A DNA stretch of 64,000 nt from an uncultured Chloroflexia bacterium. Lineage in GTDB: Bacteria > Chloroflexota > Limnocylindria > Limnocylindrales > CSP1-4. Within the stretch, counting starts at the first letter, position 1; the number at the start of each line of letters is the position of its first letter. Of the stretch, positions 28,930-38,395 are shown one piece after another. The position numbers and the translations under genes were made by a program. The notes beneath the pieces were generated by a model, which saw only the letters and a program-made list of their open reading frames with translations, had not been told where the DNA came from and did not search any database. The stretch is taken from NCBI GenBank assembly GCA_963766735.1, contig CAVYBU010000008.1:160001-224000 (forward strand), written 5' to 3'.

Positions 28930-29585
28930 GCACGCCCGGCGTCGACGCGATCGTGCTCGCCGGCGGCGCATCGTCCCGGTTCGGCTCGGACAAGCTGGCG
29001 GCATCGCTCGACGGTCGTCCGCTGCTCCACCACGCTCTGGAGGCGGTGGGTGTGGTCGCCGATCGCATCGTCGTCGTCATCGGACCGGAGGCGCCGTCGC
29101 CGTCGGTTCCGCAGGACCTTGCCGCTCGCGTGGTGTTCGCCCGGGACGCCGCCGCCCACGGCGGACCGCTGGCCGGGCTGGCCGCAGGGCTCGCGGCCGC
29201 TGTCACCCCGGCGGCTGATGAGCCTCCGCGCATCGCCCTCGTCGTCGGAGGCGATGCCCGCCTCGCCCTCGTCGTCGGCGGCGACATGCCGGCACTCGTG
29301 CCCGCCGTGCTCCGGCTCCTTGTCGAGAGACTGGCCGCGGAACCCGCCCTCGACGCGATGACCCTCGCCGCACCACGCCCGGCTCCGCTCCCGGCAGCCG
29401 TGCGTCCCGACGCCGTCCTGGTTGCCGTGGACGCCATCCTGGCCTCAGGCGGCCGCCGCAGCCTCCTGGCACCCCTCGGGATCGTCCGCTCGGCCACGCT
29501 GGCCGCCGAGGAGTGGCGGGCGCTCGACCCGGAGGGTGACACCCTCCGCGACATCGATACGCCGGCCGACCTCCCGCAACCCTGA
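28926..29585 (+). CDS. mobA: Molybdenum cofactor guanylyltransferase
   Basis: VLAGGASSRFGSDK, GPLAGL, GGDMP and DIDTPADL; overlaps the selB stop. Confidence 0.88.
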   Translation: MSTPGVDAIVLAGGASSRFGSDKLAASLDGRPLLHHALEAVGVVADRIVVVIGPEAPSPSVPQDLAARVVFARDAAAHGGPLAGLAAGLAAAVTPAADEPPRIALVVGGDARLALVVGGDMPALVPAVLRLLVERLAAEPALDAMTLAAPRPAPLPAAVRPDAVLVAVDAILASGGRRSLLAPLGIVRSATLAAEEWRALDPEGDTLRDIDTPADLPQP

Positions 29586-29726
29586 CGCTGACTCTCACCG
29601 GCTGATCCCGCCGGGCGCCGCGAAGACCTCCGCGTCGCCGCGGATCGCTCTGTTCGGGCCTCAGGGGGAGGGCGTCCGAAGCATGCCGTCGTCCTGCCTC
29701 TGCCCCTGGTGGTCGCGCGGGCCCCC

Positions 29727-31373
29727 CTAGTCCAGGCCCGCTACCTCGTGCACGACGACGCCATCGACGAACGTGGCCAGGACGTGCGTCTCGCCGATCG
29801 GTCCCTCGCCCGGATCGAACAGGTCGCGGTCCAGGATCGCCAGGTCAGCCAGACGGCCGACCGCCAGCACACCGGTCTCGTCAAGGTGGTTGGCATAGGC
29901 GGACCCGGCCGTGGCCGCGGTGAGGATGTCCACGAGCTCGAGGCGCTCGTCTGGCAGGAACGGCTCCCGGGCGCCGCGTGACTCGTCGCTGACCCGGGTG
30001 ACGGCCACCTCCATCTGGAGGAACGGATCCGGCGTTGACACGCTCCAGTCGGAGCCCATCACCAGCGTGGCGCCATTCGCGCGCAGCGAGCGGAAGGGGT
30101 ACTGACGTGCGGAGACCTCGGGACCGAGGAAGGGCAGGGTCAGCTCCTCCATCTGGTCCTCGAGGACGGCCCAGTACGGCTGGGCGTTGGCGAGCGCGCC
30201 GAGCCGCCGGAACCGCGCGTAATCGTCCGGGTGGACGACCTGGATGTGCGCCAGGTGCGGCCGCGTGTCGGACCAGCCGTTTGCGTTGCGTGCCGCCTCC
30301 ACGGCGTCGAGCGCCTGGCGGACCGCGCGGTCGCCAAGGGCGTGGAAGTGGGGCTGGAACCCGAGGGCGTCGATGCGAGTGACGACCTCCTTCAGCACCT
30401 GGGGATCGATGAAGTCGATGCCCCGGTTGTCGGTCGCGTGGCCGTGGCTGTCGAAGTAGGGCTGGGTCATCGAGGCCGTCTGGTTCTCGACGATGCCGTC
30501 CGTCATGAGCTTGACGCTGGTGGCGGCGAAGCGGCCGGCGATGCCGTTCGCCCGGCGCTCGACCATCTCGTCGATCTGCTCGAGGCCGCGCTCGCGCTCC
30601 CACCACTGCGCACCGACGACCCGCGCGGTGAGCTCGCCACTCGCCGCCAGGGCCATGTAGGCCTCCTGGTTGGGCGGGGTGAGCCAGGCGTCCTGCCACG
30701 CGGTGATGCCCAGGGAGTGGAGGTATCGCTGGCTCTCGAGGGTCGCGCGCCTCAGGTCGGCATCGGTGGTCGGCGGAACGTGGCGGTCCACGAGCGTCAT
30801 CGCGCCCTCGTGGAGGGTTCCCATCGGGGTGCCGTCCGGGTCGCGGGCGATGCGGCCGTCATCCGGGTCTGGGGTGCCGTGCCCGATGCCGGCGATCTCC
30901 AGCGCCTTCGAGTTCACCCAGGCATCGTGCCCGTCGCGGTTGACCAGGAACACGGGGCGGTCCGGGACAATCCGGTCGAGGTCCTCGCGGCCGGGCCTGC
31001 CACCGGGGAAATCAGAGAGCGTCCAGCCGCCACCCAGGACCCAGGGCACATCCGGGTTGGCAGTGGCGTAGGCGGCGATGATGCCCAGGTACGCGTCCTT
31101 GCCTCGAGCGTCGTGGAGCTCGCACTGGATTCGCGCGAGCCCGGCCATCGGCGGATGGACGTGCGCATCCTGGAAGCCGGGCGTCACCGTCCGGCCGCGG
31201 AGCTCGACGTGGCGCGTGCCGGGGCCGATGAGGCTCCGCACATCGCGGTCGCCTCCGATGGCTACGATGCGGCCGTCCTTCACGGCCAGCGCCTCCGCCC
31301 ACGTCTTCGCGGCATCGGCGGTGAAGAGGCGACCCCCGGTCAGGACGAGATCGGCGTGCTGGGCGTTCGTCAT
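29727..31373 (-). CDS. Amidohydrolase 3 / YtcJ-like (NfdA N-substituted formamide deformylase family)
   Basis: PGFQDAHVH, DGHDAWVNS, VKLMTDG, HALGDRA, AHIQ and GSDWSV motifs. Confidence 0.88.
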   Translation of the reverse strand: MTNAQHADLVLTGGRLFTADAAKTWAEALAVKDGRIVAIGGDRDVRSLIGPGTRHVELRGRTVTPGFQDAHVHPPMAGLARIQCELHDARGKDAYLGIIAAYATANPDVPWVLGGGWTLSDFPGGRPGREDLDRIVPDRPVFLVNRDGHDAWVNSKALEIAGIGHGTPDPDDGRIARDPDGTPMGTLHEGAMTLVDRHVPPTTDADLRRATLESQRYLHSLGITAWQDAWLTPPNQEAYMALAASGELTARVVGAQWWERERGLEQIDEMVERRANGIAGRFAATSVKLMTDGIVENQTASMTQPYFDSHGHATDNRGIDFIDPQVLKEVVTRIDALGFQPHFHALGDRAVRQALDAVEAARNANGWSDTRPHLAHIQVVHPDDYARFRRLGALANAQPYWAVLEDQMEELTLPFLGPEVSARQYPFRSLRANGATLVMGSDWSVSTPDPFLQMEVAVTRVSDESRGAREPFLPDERLELVDILTAATAGSAYANHLDETGVLAVGRLADLAILDRDLFDPGEGPIGETHVLATFVDGVVVHEVAGLD

Positions 31374-31473
31374 GGCGCGCAGTCTGTCACCCGGGAGCAG
31401 CGCCGCGGCACGCCTGTTGCGCCCCGCGGCCGTGGATTCCGGTCTCGGGCGGACGGCCGGGTACGCTGCGGCC

Positions 31474-32022
31474 ATGACCACCGTCCACCTTCTCCACGCC
31501 GGCTACGCGGGCGACCGCGTGGGCTCGTCCATCGTCCTCGTCCGCGACGCGGATGCCCTGATCGTCGTGGACCCCGGGATGGTCGCGCGACGATCGCTGA
31601 TCCTGGACCCGCTTGCCGCCTTGGGGGTGGCTCCGGAGGCCGTCACGCACGTGTTCCTCAGCCACCACCACCCGGACCACACGATCAACATCGCCCTCTT
31701 CCAGAACGCAGAGGTCGTGGACTTCTGGGCTCGCTACAGGGACGACCTGTGGCTGGATCACGCTGGCGATGGGTACCACCTCTCGCCGAGGAGCCGGCTC
31801 TGGCTGACGCCCGGGCACACGGAAGAGGACGCAACGCTCGTCGTGGAGGCGGACGATGCCGTCTACGCGATGACGCACCTCTGGTGGCGCGAGGACCGAA
31901 CGCCGGTCGAGGATCCGCTGGGCTGGGACCAGGGCGCGATCGACCAGAATCGGGAGCGCGTGCTTGCGGCGGCAGACATCGTGATCCCGGGCCACGGCCC
32001 CGCCTTCCGGGTGGTGCGCTGA
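31474..32022 (+). CDS. MBL-fold metallo-hydrolase
   Basis: VVDPG, SHHHPDHT, TPGHTEED and IPGHG motifs. Confidence 0.85.
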   Translation: MTTVHLLHAGYAGDRVGSSIVLVRDADALIVVDPGMVARRSLILDPLAALGVAPEAVTHVFLSHHHPDHTINIALFQNAEVVDFWARYRDDLWLDHAGDGYHLSPRSRLWLTPGHTEEDATLVVEADDAVYAMTHLWWREDRTPVEDPLGWDQGAIDQNRERVLAAADIVIPGHGPAFRVVR

Positions 32023-32147
32023 CGCGACCCGGGCGCCATCGTCGCGGAATCCTCGACACAACCTCGACCTGACCTGCGCGGTCTCTGCATCCTCGGGTGC
32101 GAGCATCAGCTTCGATCAGAGCGATAGCCACCACGAGGTGATCGAGG

Positions 32148-32903
32148 ATGAAGAGCAACGTACTGGCGATCGGTGTCGCGGCCGTGATGCTCCTTGGAGC
32201 CTCCGCCGCGGTCGTCGTCGGCGGCAACGGACCAGGGCCCGCGGCGGGCGACTGCACGCAAGACTGCGACGGCGTTCCGGACCGGATCAAGTCGTACGAC
32301 CGTGATCGGGATCGTCTGCAGGATGGCACCGGCCCGGCCACGGAGCTGGAAACCCTGGAGGCTGACCAGACCAAGGACCAGACCAAGGACCAGACGAGGA
32401 AGCAGGCTCCGTGACGGCACCTGCACGGAAGACTGCGATGGCGAACCGGACAGGATCAGGCTCCGGGACGCGTGACAAGCGACCCGGTGCCGGCCGCGTG
32501 ATCGCGACCGCGGAGCACGTCCGACGGCACGCAGACGCAGACCAAGGCGCAGACGCAGGACGCAGACCAAGACGCAGGCGCAGACGCAGGACCAGACCAA
32601 GACGCAGGACCAAGGCGCAGACGCAGACCAAGGCGCAGGACGCAGGACCAGCGACGCAGACGCAGGACCCAGACGCAGACGCAGACGCAGGACCAGGCGC
32701 AGACGCAGGACCAGACGCAGGACCAGACGCAGACGCAGGACCAGACGCAGACGCAGACGCAGACGCAGACCCAGACGCAGGACCAGACGCAGACGCAGGA
32801 CCAGACGCAGGACCAGACGCAGACGCAGGAGACCGCCCAGACCGAAGCCGGTACCGGATCGACCGCCACACCCGGTCCGCGGCCCGGCGGGTCCGGGCAC
32901 TAG
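32148..32903 (+). CDS. Secreted low-complexity protein with two CTxDCDGxPDRI repeats and a Gln/Thr/Asp hexamer tract (compensating frameshifts)
   Basis: Signal peptide MKSNVLAIGVAAVMLLGASA. The start (32148) and the TAG (32901) are in the same frame; the second repeat lies in a shifted frame. Confidence 0.55.
32528..32830 (+). repeat. Degenerate CAGACG/CAGGAC hexamer tandem array
   Basis: About 300 bp of gacgca/gaccag/gcagga units. Confidence 0.9.
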
Positions 32904-32909
32904 AGACCT

Positions 32910-32982
32910 CCGGAGAGGAGCTCGCCGGCCCTCTCCGGGACCTCAACGGGACGGTCGGACCTTTCGGGGGCCGACCGTCCCG
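32910..32982 (+). terminator. Two tandem hairpins after the repeat protein
   Basis: CCGGAGAGG/CCTCTCCGG (32910-32938) and CGGGACGGTCGG/CCGACCGTCCCG (32947-32982). Confidence 0.6.
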
Positions 32983-33069
32983 CGTTAGCGTGGTCGCGGT
33001 GGGAGCGCGGGCGCCCGACGCCCGAGGTACCTGCCGGGTGAACCTGCGCGGAGCCCCACGAATGCGACC

Positions 33070-34723
33070 ATGAGCCTGCGGCTGCGGCTGGGCCTCTCCT
33101 TTGCGCTCGTCGCGGTGACGACCGCCCTCGTTACCGTGCTCGCCACGCCCGTGGTCGTCCGATACGGCCTCGAACCGGTGTTGCCGCCCGCGACCCCTGC
33201 CGTGAGCGCACCTGTGCCATCCGCAGCTCCGGCCGGATCCGGCCTGACGCCCGGACCCGAGAGCCCGGGTTCCCCACCGACGCCCTCGGTCGCCGGCAGC
33301 TCGTCACCGGCCCACGACAGCTCCGGCCGCCCTCCGTCCGCTGGCCCCGGCGGCGCCTCGCCGGATGCAACGTCGCCTTCGTCACAGAGCCCGACTCCGC
33401 GCCCGACCCCCAGGGCATCGGTCGGGCCGTCCGTTCCGCCCGGGCCGTCCGGATCGCCACCGCCGAGACCGTCGGCGTCACCGATCCGCAGCGGCCAGCC
33501 GTCGGTCGGACCGCGCCGGTCCGGAGATCCGGCGCCCAGCTCATCGCCGGTCAAGCAGGGACAGGGAACGCCAAGTTCGCTGGGGCAGGATTCGCTCGGG
33601 ACGCCCGGCGGATCGCCGGCGCCGACGGGCGCGAAGGGTTCGCCGGGCCAGGAGGCGGCACGCGCCCGCCTTGCGCTCGCAGGCACCATCTCCGACGTGG
33701 CCGCGGAGGCCGAGACGACGGTGCCGTCCGACCAGAGTCCTTCGCCGGCGATCGGAGATGCTGCATGGGTCGAGGTGGAGCGCCGGACCTCGACCATCCT
33801 GGTGATCGTGGCCGCGCTGTCCGCCGCCATCGCGATCGCGATCGGGCTGATCCTCGCCGAAGCGCTGATCCGGCCGCTTCGGGATCTCGGGCGCACCGCC
33901 GCGGCGATCGCGGGCGGGGACCTGACGCGCCGCTCGGGGATCGCTACGCGGCGGGATGAGATCGGGGACCTTGCCCGGTCCTTCGACTCGATGGCGTGCA
34001 TCGCTCCAGCAGGCCGACGCATCGCGGCGCGGGTTCCTCCAGGACGCCGCCCATGAGCTCGGGACGCCCGTCACCGCGATCCAGACGACCGCGAGCGCCA
34101 TTCTCGACGAGGTCTATGAACCTGACCGGCGGCACATAGAGGCGATCAGGGACGAGGCACGCCTCCTCTCGCGGATCGTGGACGATCTTCGGACCATCGC
34201 GCTGGCGGAGGTCGGGGAGCTTCCGATGCAGCGGATCACCGTCGACGCAGCCGAGGCCGCAGCGTCCACGGTGGCCGCCCTTGCCGCAGCTGCAGCCTTG
34301 CGCGGGCAGCGGCTCGTTGCCGAGGCGACGGCACCCGCGATGGTGACCGGCGATCCAGACCGGATCCGGCAGGTCCTGGCGGCACTGGTCGACAACGCGA
34401 TCAGCCATATTCCAACGGGCGGTGAGATCCGCGTCCGGACCTCGATGGTGGACCCGTGGGCACGCATCGATGTCGAGGATGACGGCCCCGGCCTCGGGGA
34501 CGATGCAGATCGCGTCTTCGATCGGTTCTACCGTGCGGATGCCCCGCGGGATCGGACCGGCGGCCACGCAGGCCTCGGGCTCGCCATCGTACGGGCGCTC
34601 GTCGAGGCACAGGACGGCCGCGTGTCCGCCGGCAACCGGCCGGAGGGCGGCGCCGTGTTCCGGGTCGAGCTCCCGGCAGCACGCCCCGCGGGCGCGGGGA
34701 GTGGGCAGCCAGAGACCCGGTAG
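33070..34723 (+). CDS. HAMP-HisKA sensor kinase (BaeS-like) with Pro/Ser-rich extracytoplasmic region; one apparent frameshift near 34000
   Basis: TM1, TM2, HAMP RPLRDL...DEIGDLARSFDSM; then AAHELGTP, LVDNAI, EDDGPG, FDRFYR and GLGLAIV in the next frame. Confidence 0.85.
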
Positions 34724-34838
34724 TCACCTCACCCGCGTGCCTCGGTGGGCCGAAGGGGTCGCGTTGAGGGCAATCACGGCCTCGAATTCGGGCTGGCCGG
34801 ACCTCGTGAACCCGTGATCCGCGGCGCACGCTGGCTTC

Positions 34839-35540
34839 ATGGCGAGGATTGCGGTCGTCGATGACGAGCAGGTGATCGCGGACGGGATCGCGGCGTATCT
34901 GCGGCGAGACGGGCACGAGGTTGACATCGCCGCAACCGCAGCCAGGGCGATCGAGCTCGGCAGGTCGAACCCGGACCTCATGGTCCTGGACGTGATGCTC
35001 GGCTCCAGCTCGGGGTTCGACGTCCTGCGATCCCTGCGGAGCGAAGGGCTGCGGGTCCCGGTCATCATCCTGAGCGCACGTGTGGACCTGGTGGACCGCG
35101 TGGCGGGCCTGGAGCTCGGCGCCGACGACTACGTGACCAAGCCGTTCGAGCCGCGGGAGCTCGTCGCACGGGTGGGTGCGGTGCTTCGCCGGACCGTGCA
35201 GGCCGAGAGTCCGACGGACGAGGCCGACCCCACGAGCGAGCCGCCGCGGGTGTTGGACCTCGAGATCGACACGGCTACCCGCGAGGTCCGGCGGGGCACG
35301 ACCGACGTGGCCCTGACACGCACGGAGTTCGATCTGCTGGTTGCGCTTGCGGAGCATCCGGGTCACGTGCTGTCGAGGGTTCAGCTCGCCGGGCAGATCT
35401 TCGGCGGCGCGTACGACGAGTGCGACCGCACCATCGACAGCCACGTGCGCAACCTCCGCCGGAAGCTGGGTGTCCGGCCCGATGGCCGCGAGTACGTGCA
35501 GACGGTCCGGGGGGTGGGCTACCGCCTGGCCCGCTCGTAG
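34839..35540 (+). CDS. OmpR-family response regulator
   Basis: VVDDE, LDVML, GADDYVTKPF, LTRTEFDLL, IDSHVRNLRRKL and TVRGVGY. Confidence 0.93.
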   Translation: MARIAVVDDEQVIADGIAAYLRRDGHEVDIAATAARAIELGRSNPDLMVLDVMLGSSSGFDVLRSLRSEGLRVPVIILSARVDLVDRVAGLELGADDYVTKPFEPRELVARVGAVLRRTVQAESPTDEADPTSEPPRVLDLEIDTATREVRRGTTDVALTRTEFDLLVALAEHPGHVLSRVQLAGQIFGGAYDECDRTIDSHVRNLRRKLGVRPDGREYVQTVRGVGYRLARS

Positions 35541-35615
35541 GCCGGCGAGACCGTGCGGGCCGGCTCAGAGCGGCGCCGCAAGCCGACCCTGCGGTCCTGC
35601 TCTAGACTGCGGCGG

Positions 35616-36338
35616 ATGCCCGGACCTGTGGCGCTCGTAGGCGCCGGTGAGTTCCTTGCTCCAATGGCCGAGTTCGATCGCGGTCTGCTCGAGGTGATCG
35701 GCCGTCCCCGCGCGCGGGTCGTGATCCTGCCCACCGCGTCCGCCCCTGACGGTGAAACCGCGTTCCGTGCCTGGGCCGATATGGGAACGGAGCACTTCGC
35801 GGCGCTGGGTGCCGAGGTGGAACCGATCATGGTCCGGGACGTTGCCGGGGGCCACGATGCCGCCGCGCTCCAGGCCGTGGGCGAGGCGGACCTCATCTAC
35901 CTGTCGGGCGGAGATCCGCGCCACCTGGTGCGGGTCCTCCTGGGATCGCCCCTGGGCGCGGCGATCGTGACGGCCAACGCGCGCGGCGCGATCCTCGCCG
36001 GGTGCTCGGCGGGCGCGATGGCGCTGGTCGGGCGGACGATGGACTTCCGGGTCATCCCGAAGCTGCGCCTTCCGTTGCCGTTCCCGATCCGCTGGAGGCA
36101 GGGACTCGGGTTGGTGGACGGCGTCGCGGTGCTGCCCCACTACGACGCGTGGCCGGAGCCGCTGTCCGCGGCCGTGGCGCTCCAGGCGCCGGGAGGGTCC
36201 GTGATCATGGGGATCGACGAGGACACCGCGGCGGTCGGGCGCGGCGGAACGTGGCAGGTGCACGGGCGCGGGCGCGTGACGGTGTGGCGCGGCCGCCACC
36301 GGGAGCGGTTCCGCAAGGGGGACGCGTTCCGCCTCTGA
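35616..36338 (+). CDS. Peptidase S51 / cyanophycinase-like protein
   Basis: LPTAS, IYLSGGDP, GCSAGAM, LPHYD and GIDEDT motifs. Confidence 0.85.
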   Translation: MPGPVALVGAGEFLAPMAEFDRGLLEVIGRPRARVVILPTASAPDGETAFRAWADMGTEHFAALGAEVEPIMVRDVAGGHDAAALQAVGEADLIYLSGGDPRHLVRVLLGSPLGAAIVTANARGAILAGCSAGAMALVGRTMDFRVIPKLRLPLPFPIRWRQGLGLVDGVAVLPHYDAWPEPLSAAVALQAPGGSVIMGIDEDTAAVGRGGTWQVHGRGRVTVWRGRHRERFRKGDAFRL

Positions 36339-36385
36339 GGGCCGCGCGTCCCAATGGCGCGGCAGCCTGAGGCCCGCTGCGATGC

Positions 36386-36733
36386 TCAGGCCGGCTTGAT
36401 CGTTCGGAAGCAGTCCGAGCAGTAGATCGGCTTGTCAGCGCGCGGCTTGAACGGCACCTGTGCCTGGTTCCCGCAGGACGTGCAGATCGCGACGAAGTAC
36501 TCGCGCGGGCCGCGGTCCTCGCTCCGCTCGTAGCCGTGAGGGCCACCCGTGACCCGGCCCTCGCCGTCGGGGCCCGAGTCGTCGCGCGTGGTACGCCGAT
36601 AGGCGCGGCATGACGTGCAGCGCTTGGGTTCCGAGGTGAACGACCTGGCCGCGTAGTATTCCTGGTCCGCCGCGGAGTGGACGAACTCCACGCCGCAGTC
36701 GACGCAGGTGAGGGATCGATCGACGTATGTCAC
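36386..36733 (-). CDS. Zinc-ribbon (zf-trcl) plus CxxC-x17-CxxC domain protein
   Basis: LTCVDCGVEF...EPKRCTSCR; ICTSCG...VPFKP...YCSDCF; GGGAGG SD. Confidence 0.88.
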   Translation of the reverse strand: MTYVDRSLTCVDCGVEFVHSAADQEYYAARSFTSEPKRCTSCRAYRRTTRDDSGPDGEGRVTGGPHGYERSEDRGPREYFVAICTSCGNQAQVPFKPRADKPIYCSDCFRTIKPA

Positions 36734-37219
36734 TGGCGGCCCTCCCGGACGCGTGGGGACGATGCGGGTGCGTGACCGTGGGGACCACGCCCGGTGTCGG
36801 CGGCGTAGCGGGGAGTCAGCCGTGACCGCGCGACCCAGCGTGCCGCGCCCGGAGCCCGGGAACGGGCGCACCGGTGGATCGGTCGGGTCAGCCTACACCC
36901 GGGCTCCGACGAGCCCCTGCGGGTGCCTTGCAGGACGGCCCGGACCGTGACGGCCGACCTGTCACAATGGCCCCCGAGACTCGGTCAGGCGAGTCGGGAG
37001 CGATGGGGGCGCCCGGATCGCAACCGGGTCCCGGGGGCGACCGGCCCGGCCCTGATTACCGTCGCGTACCGTGCCTGGTCCGTGACGGGAGGGGCGGGGA
37101 GCGGCTGCTCGTGGGACCCGGTCGGCAAGCCGATCTTGGCCGGCCGGAACCGGCGCCACCGAACGACGCGCCACGCCTGATACACCGACCAAAGATTGAA
37201 CAGGGAGGCTGTCACCCGC

Positions 37220-38395
37220 ATGCTCCGACTCCTCCATACCGCGGACGTCCATCTCGGTGCGCGCCACGCGGACCTCGGCGATGCCGCCGCGGCTCAGCGT
37301 GAGCGCCAGTTCGCCGCGTTCAGCGCCAGCGTTGACATGGCCCTGGCGGAGAAGCTTGACCTGTTCCTGATCGCCGGCGACCTGTTCGACTCCAACACCC
37401 AGCCCCGGCGATCCGTGGAACGCGTCGCCGGCGAGCTCGCCCGCCTGGCCAAGGCCCGCATCCGGACGGTGATCATTCCGGGCACGCACGATGTCTTCGA
37501 CCGCTCGTCCGTCTACCGCGCCTATGACATGGCCGCCCTTGCCGGCACCCGACCGGCGGAGGAGCTCGTCACCGTGCTCACCCCGGAGCGACCGTGGATC
37601 CACCTCGCGGCGATCGATGCCGTGGTCCATGGGCCGGTCTTCGAGACCAAGCGGGCCCCGCACAGCCCGCTGCGGGGCCTCGCCGCGGTGGAGACGCCGC
37701 CGGCGACCTGGAAGATCGGCCTCCTGCACGCGGCCATCGCCATTCCCGGTCGCACGGACCGCGACGAGGTGGTCATCACGACGGACGAGATTGCCGCCAG
37801 CGGTCTCGACTACCTCGCGCTCGGCCACTGGCATTCGACCCAGACGGCGAAGGCCGGCGAGGTCACGTATGCGTACTCGGGTGCCCCGGAGCCCGTTGCG
37901 GTGGATCAGGACCGCGCGGGCAAGGTGCTCCTCGTGACACTGGACGAGAGCGCCGGCCGCCGCTCCGTCACCGTTGACGAGCGCACGGTCGGCAAGACCA
38001 AGTTCGAGCGCCTGGAGCTGGACGCGGCCGTGATCGAGTCCCAGCCCGCACTGGTCGCCCGGCTGATGGCCATGGCCAACCCGGACCTGGTGCTGGACGT
38101 CCGGCTCATCGGCGTCCGGCGGGACGAACTGGACCTGGAGCCCGCCGAGGTCGAGAGCGCCCTGCGGGGCAAGTTCCTGCGGACCAGGGTCCGGGACCTC
38201 AGCCGGCCCGTGCTCAGCGAGGGCCTGCTGCCGCCCGCCGAGACGATCTCGGGAGCGTTCATCCGCAACGTGGAGGGGCGCATCGCGGACCTCGAGGCCT
38301 CCGGTGATGGCACGGCCGTCCAGGAGGCGGAGGAGCTGCGGGACGTCCTGCGGCTGGGCCGGCTCCTGCTGGCCGGGCAGGAGGTGACCCTGTGA
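37220..38395 (+). CDS. Mre11/SbcD-like metallophosphoesterase nuclease (YhaO-type)
   Basis: HTADVHLG, AGDLFD, PGTHD, YLALGHWH and YSGAPE motifs. Confidence 0.9.
   Translation: MLRLLHTADVHLGARHADLGDAAAAQRERQFAAFSASVDMALAEKLDLFLIAGDLFDSNTQPRRSVERVAGELARLAKARIRTVIIPGTHDVFDRSSVYRAYDMAALAGTRPAEELVTVLTPERPWIHLAAIDAVVHGPVFETKRAPHSPLRGLAAVETPPATWKIGLLHAAIAIPGRTDRDEVVITTDEIAASGLDYLALGHWHSTQTAKAGEVTYAYSGAPEPVAVDQDRAGKVLLVTLDESAGRRSVTVDERTVGKTKFERLELDAAVIESQPALVARLMAMANPDLVLDVRLIGVRRDELDLEPAEVESALRGKFLRTRVRDLSRPVLSEGLLPPAETISGAFIRNVEGRIADLEASGDGTAVQEAEELRDVLRLGRLLLAGQEVTL

Noticed and set aside
32412-32475. TGA codons in the secreted repeat protein as possible extra Sec sites
   Set aside because: Frame switching explains the first; neither aligns with a Cys of the sister repeat, and there is no convincing SECIS.
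32528-32830. Repeat array as a possible CRISPR
   Set aside because: Hexamer microsatellite-like coding repeat with no spacers and no cas genes.
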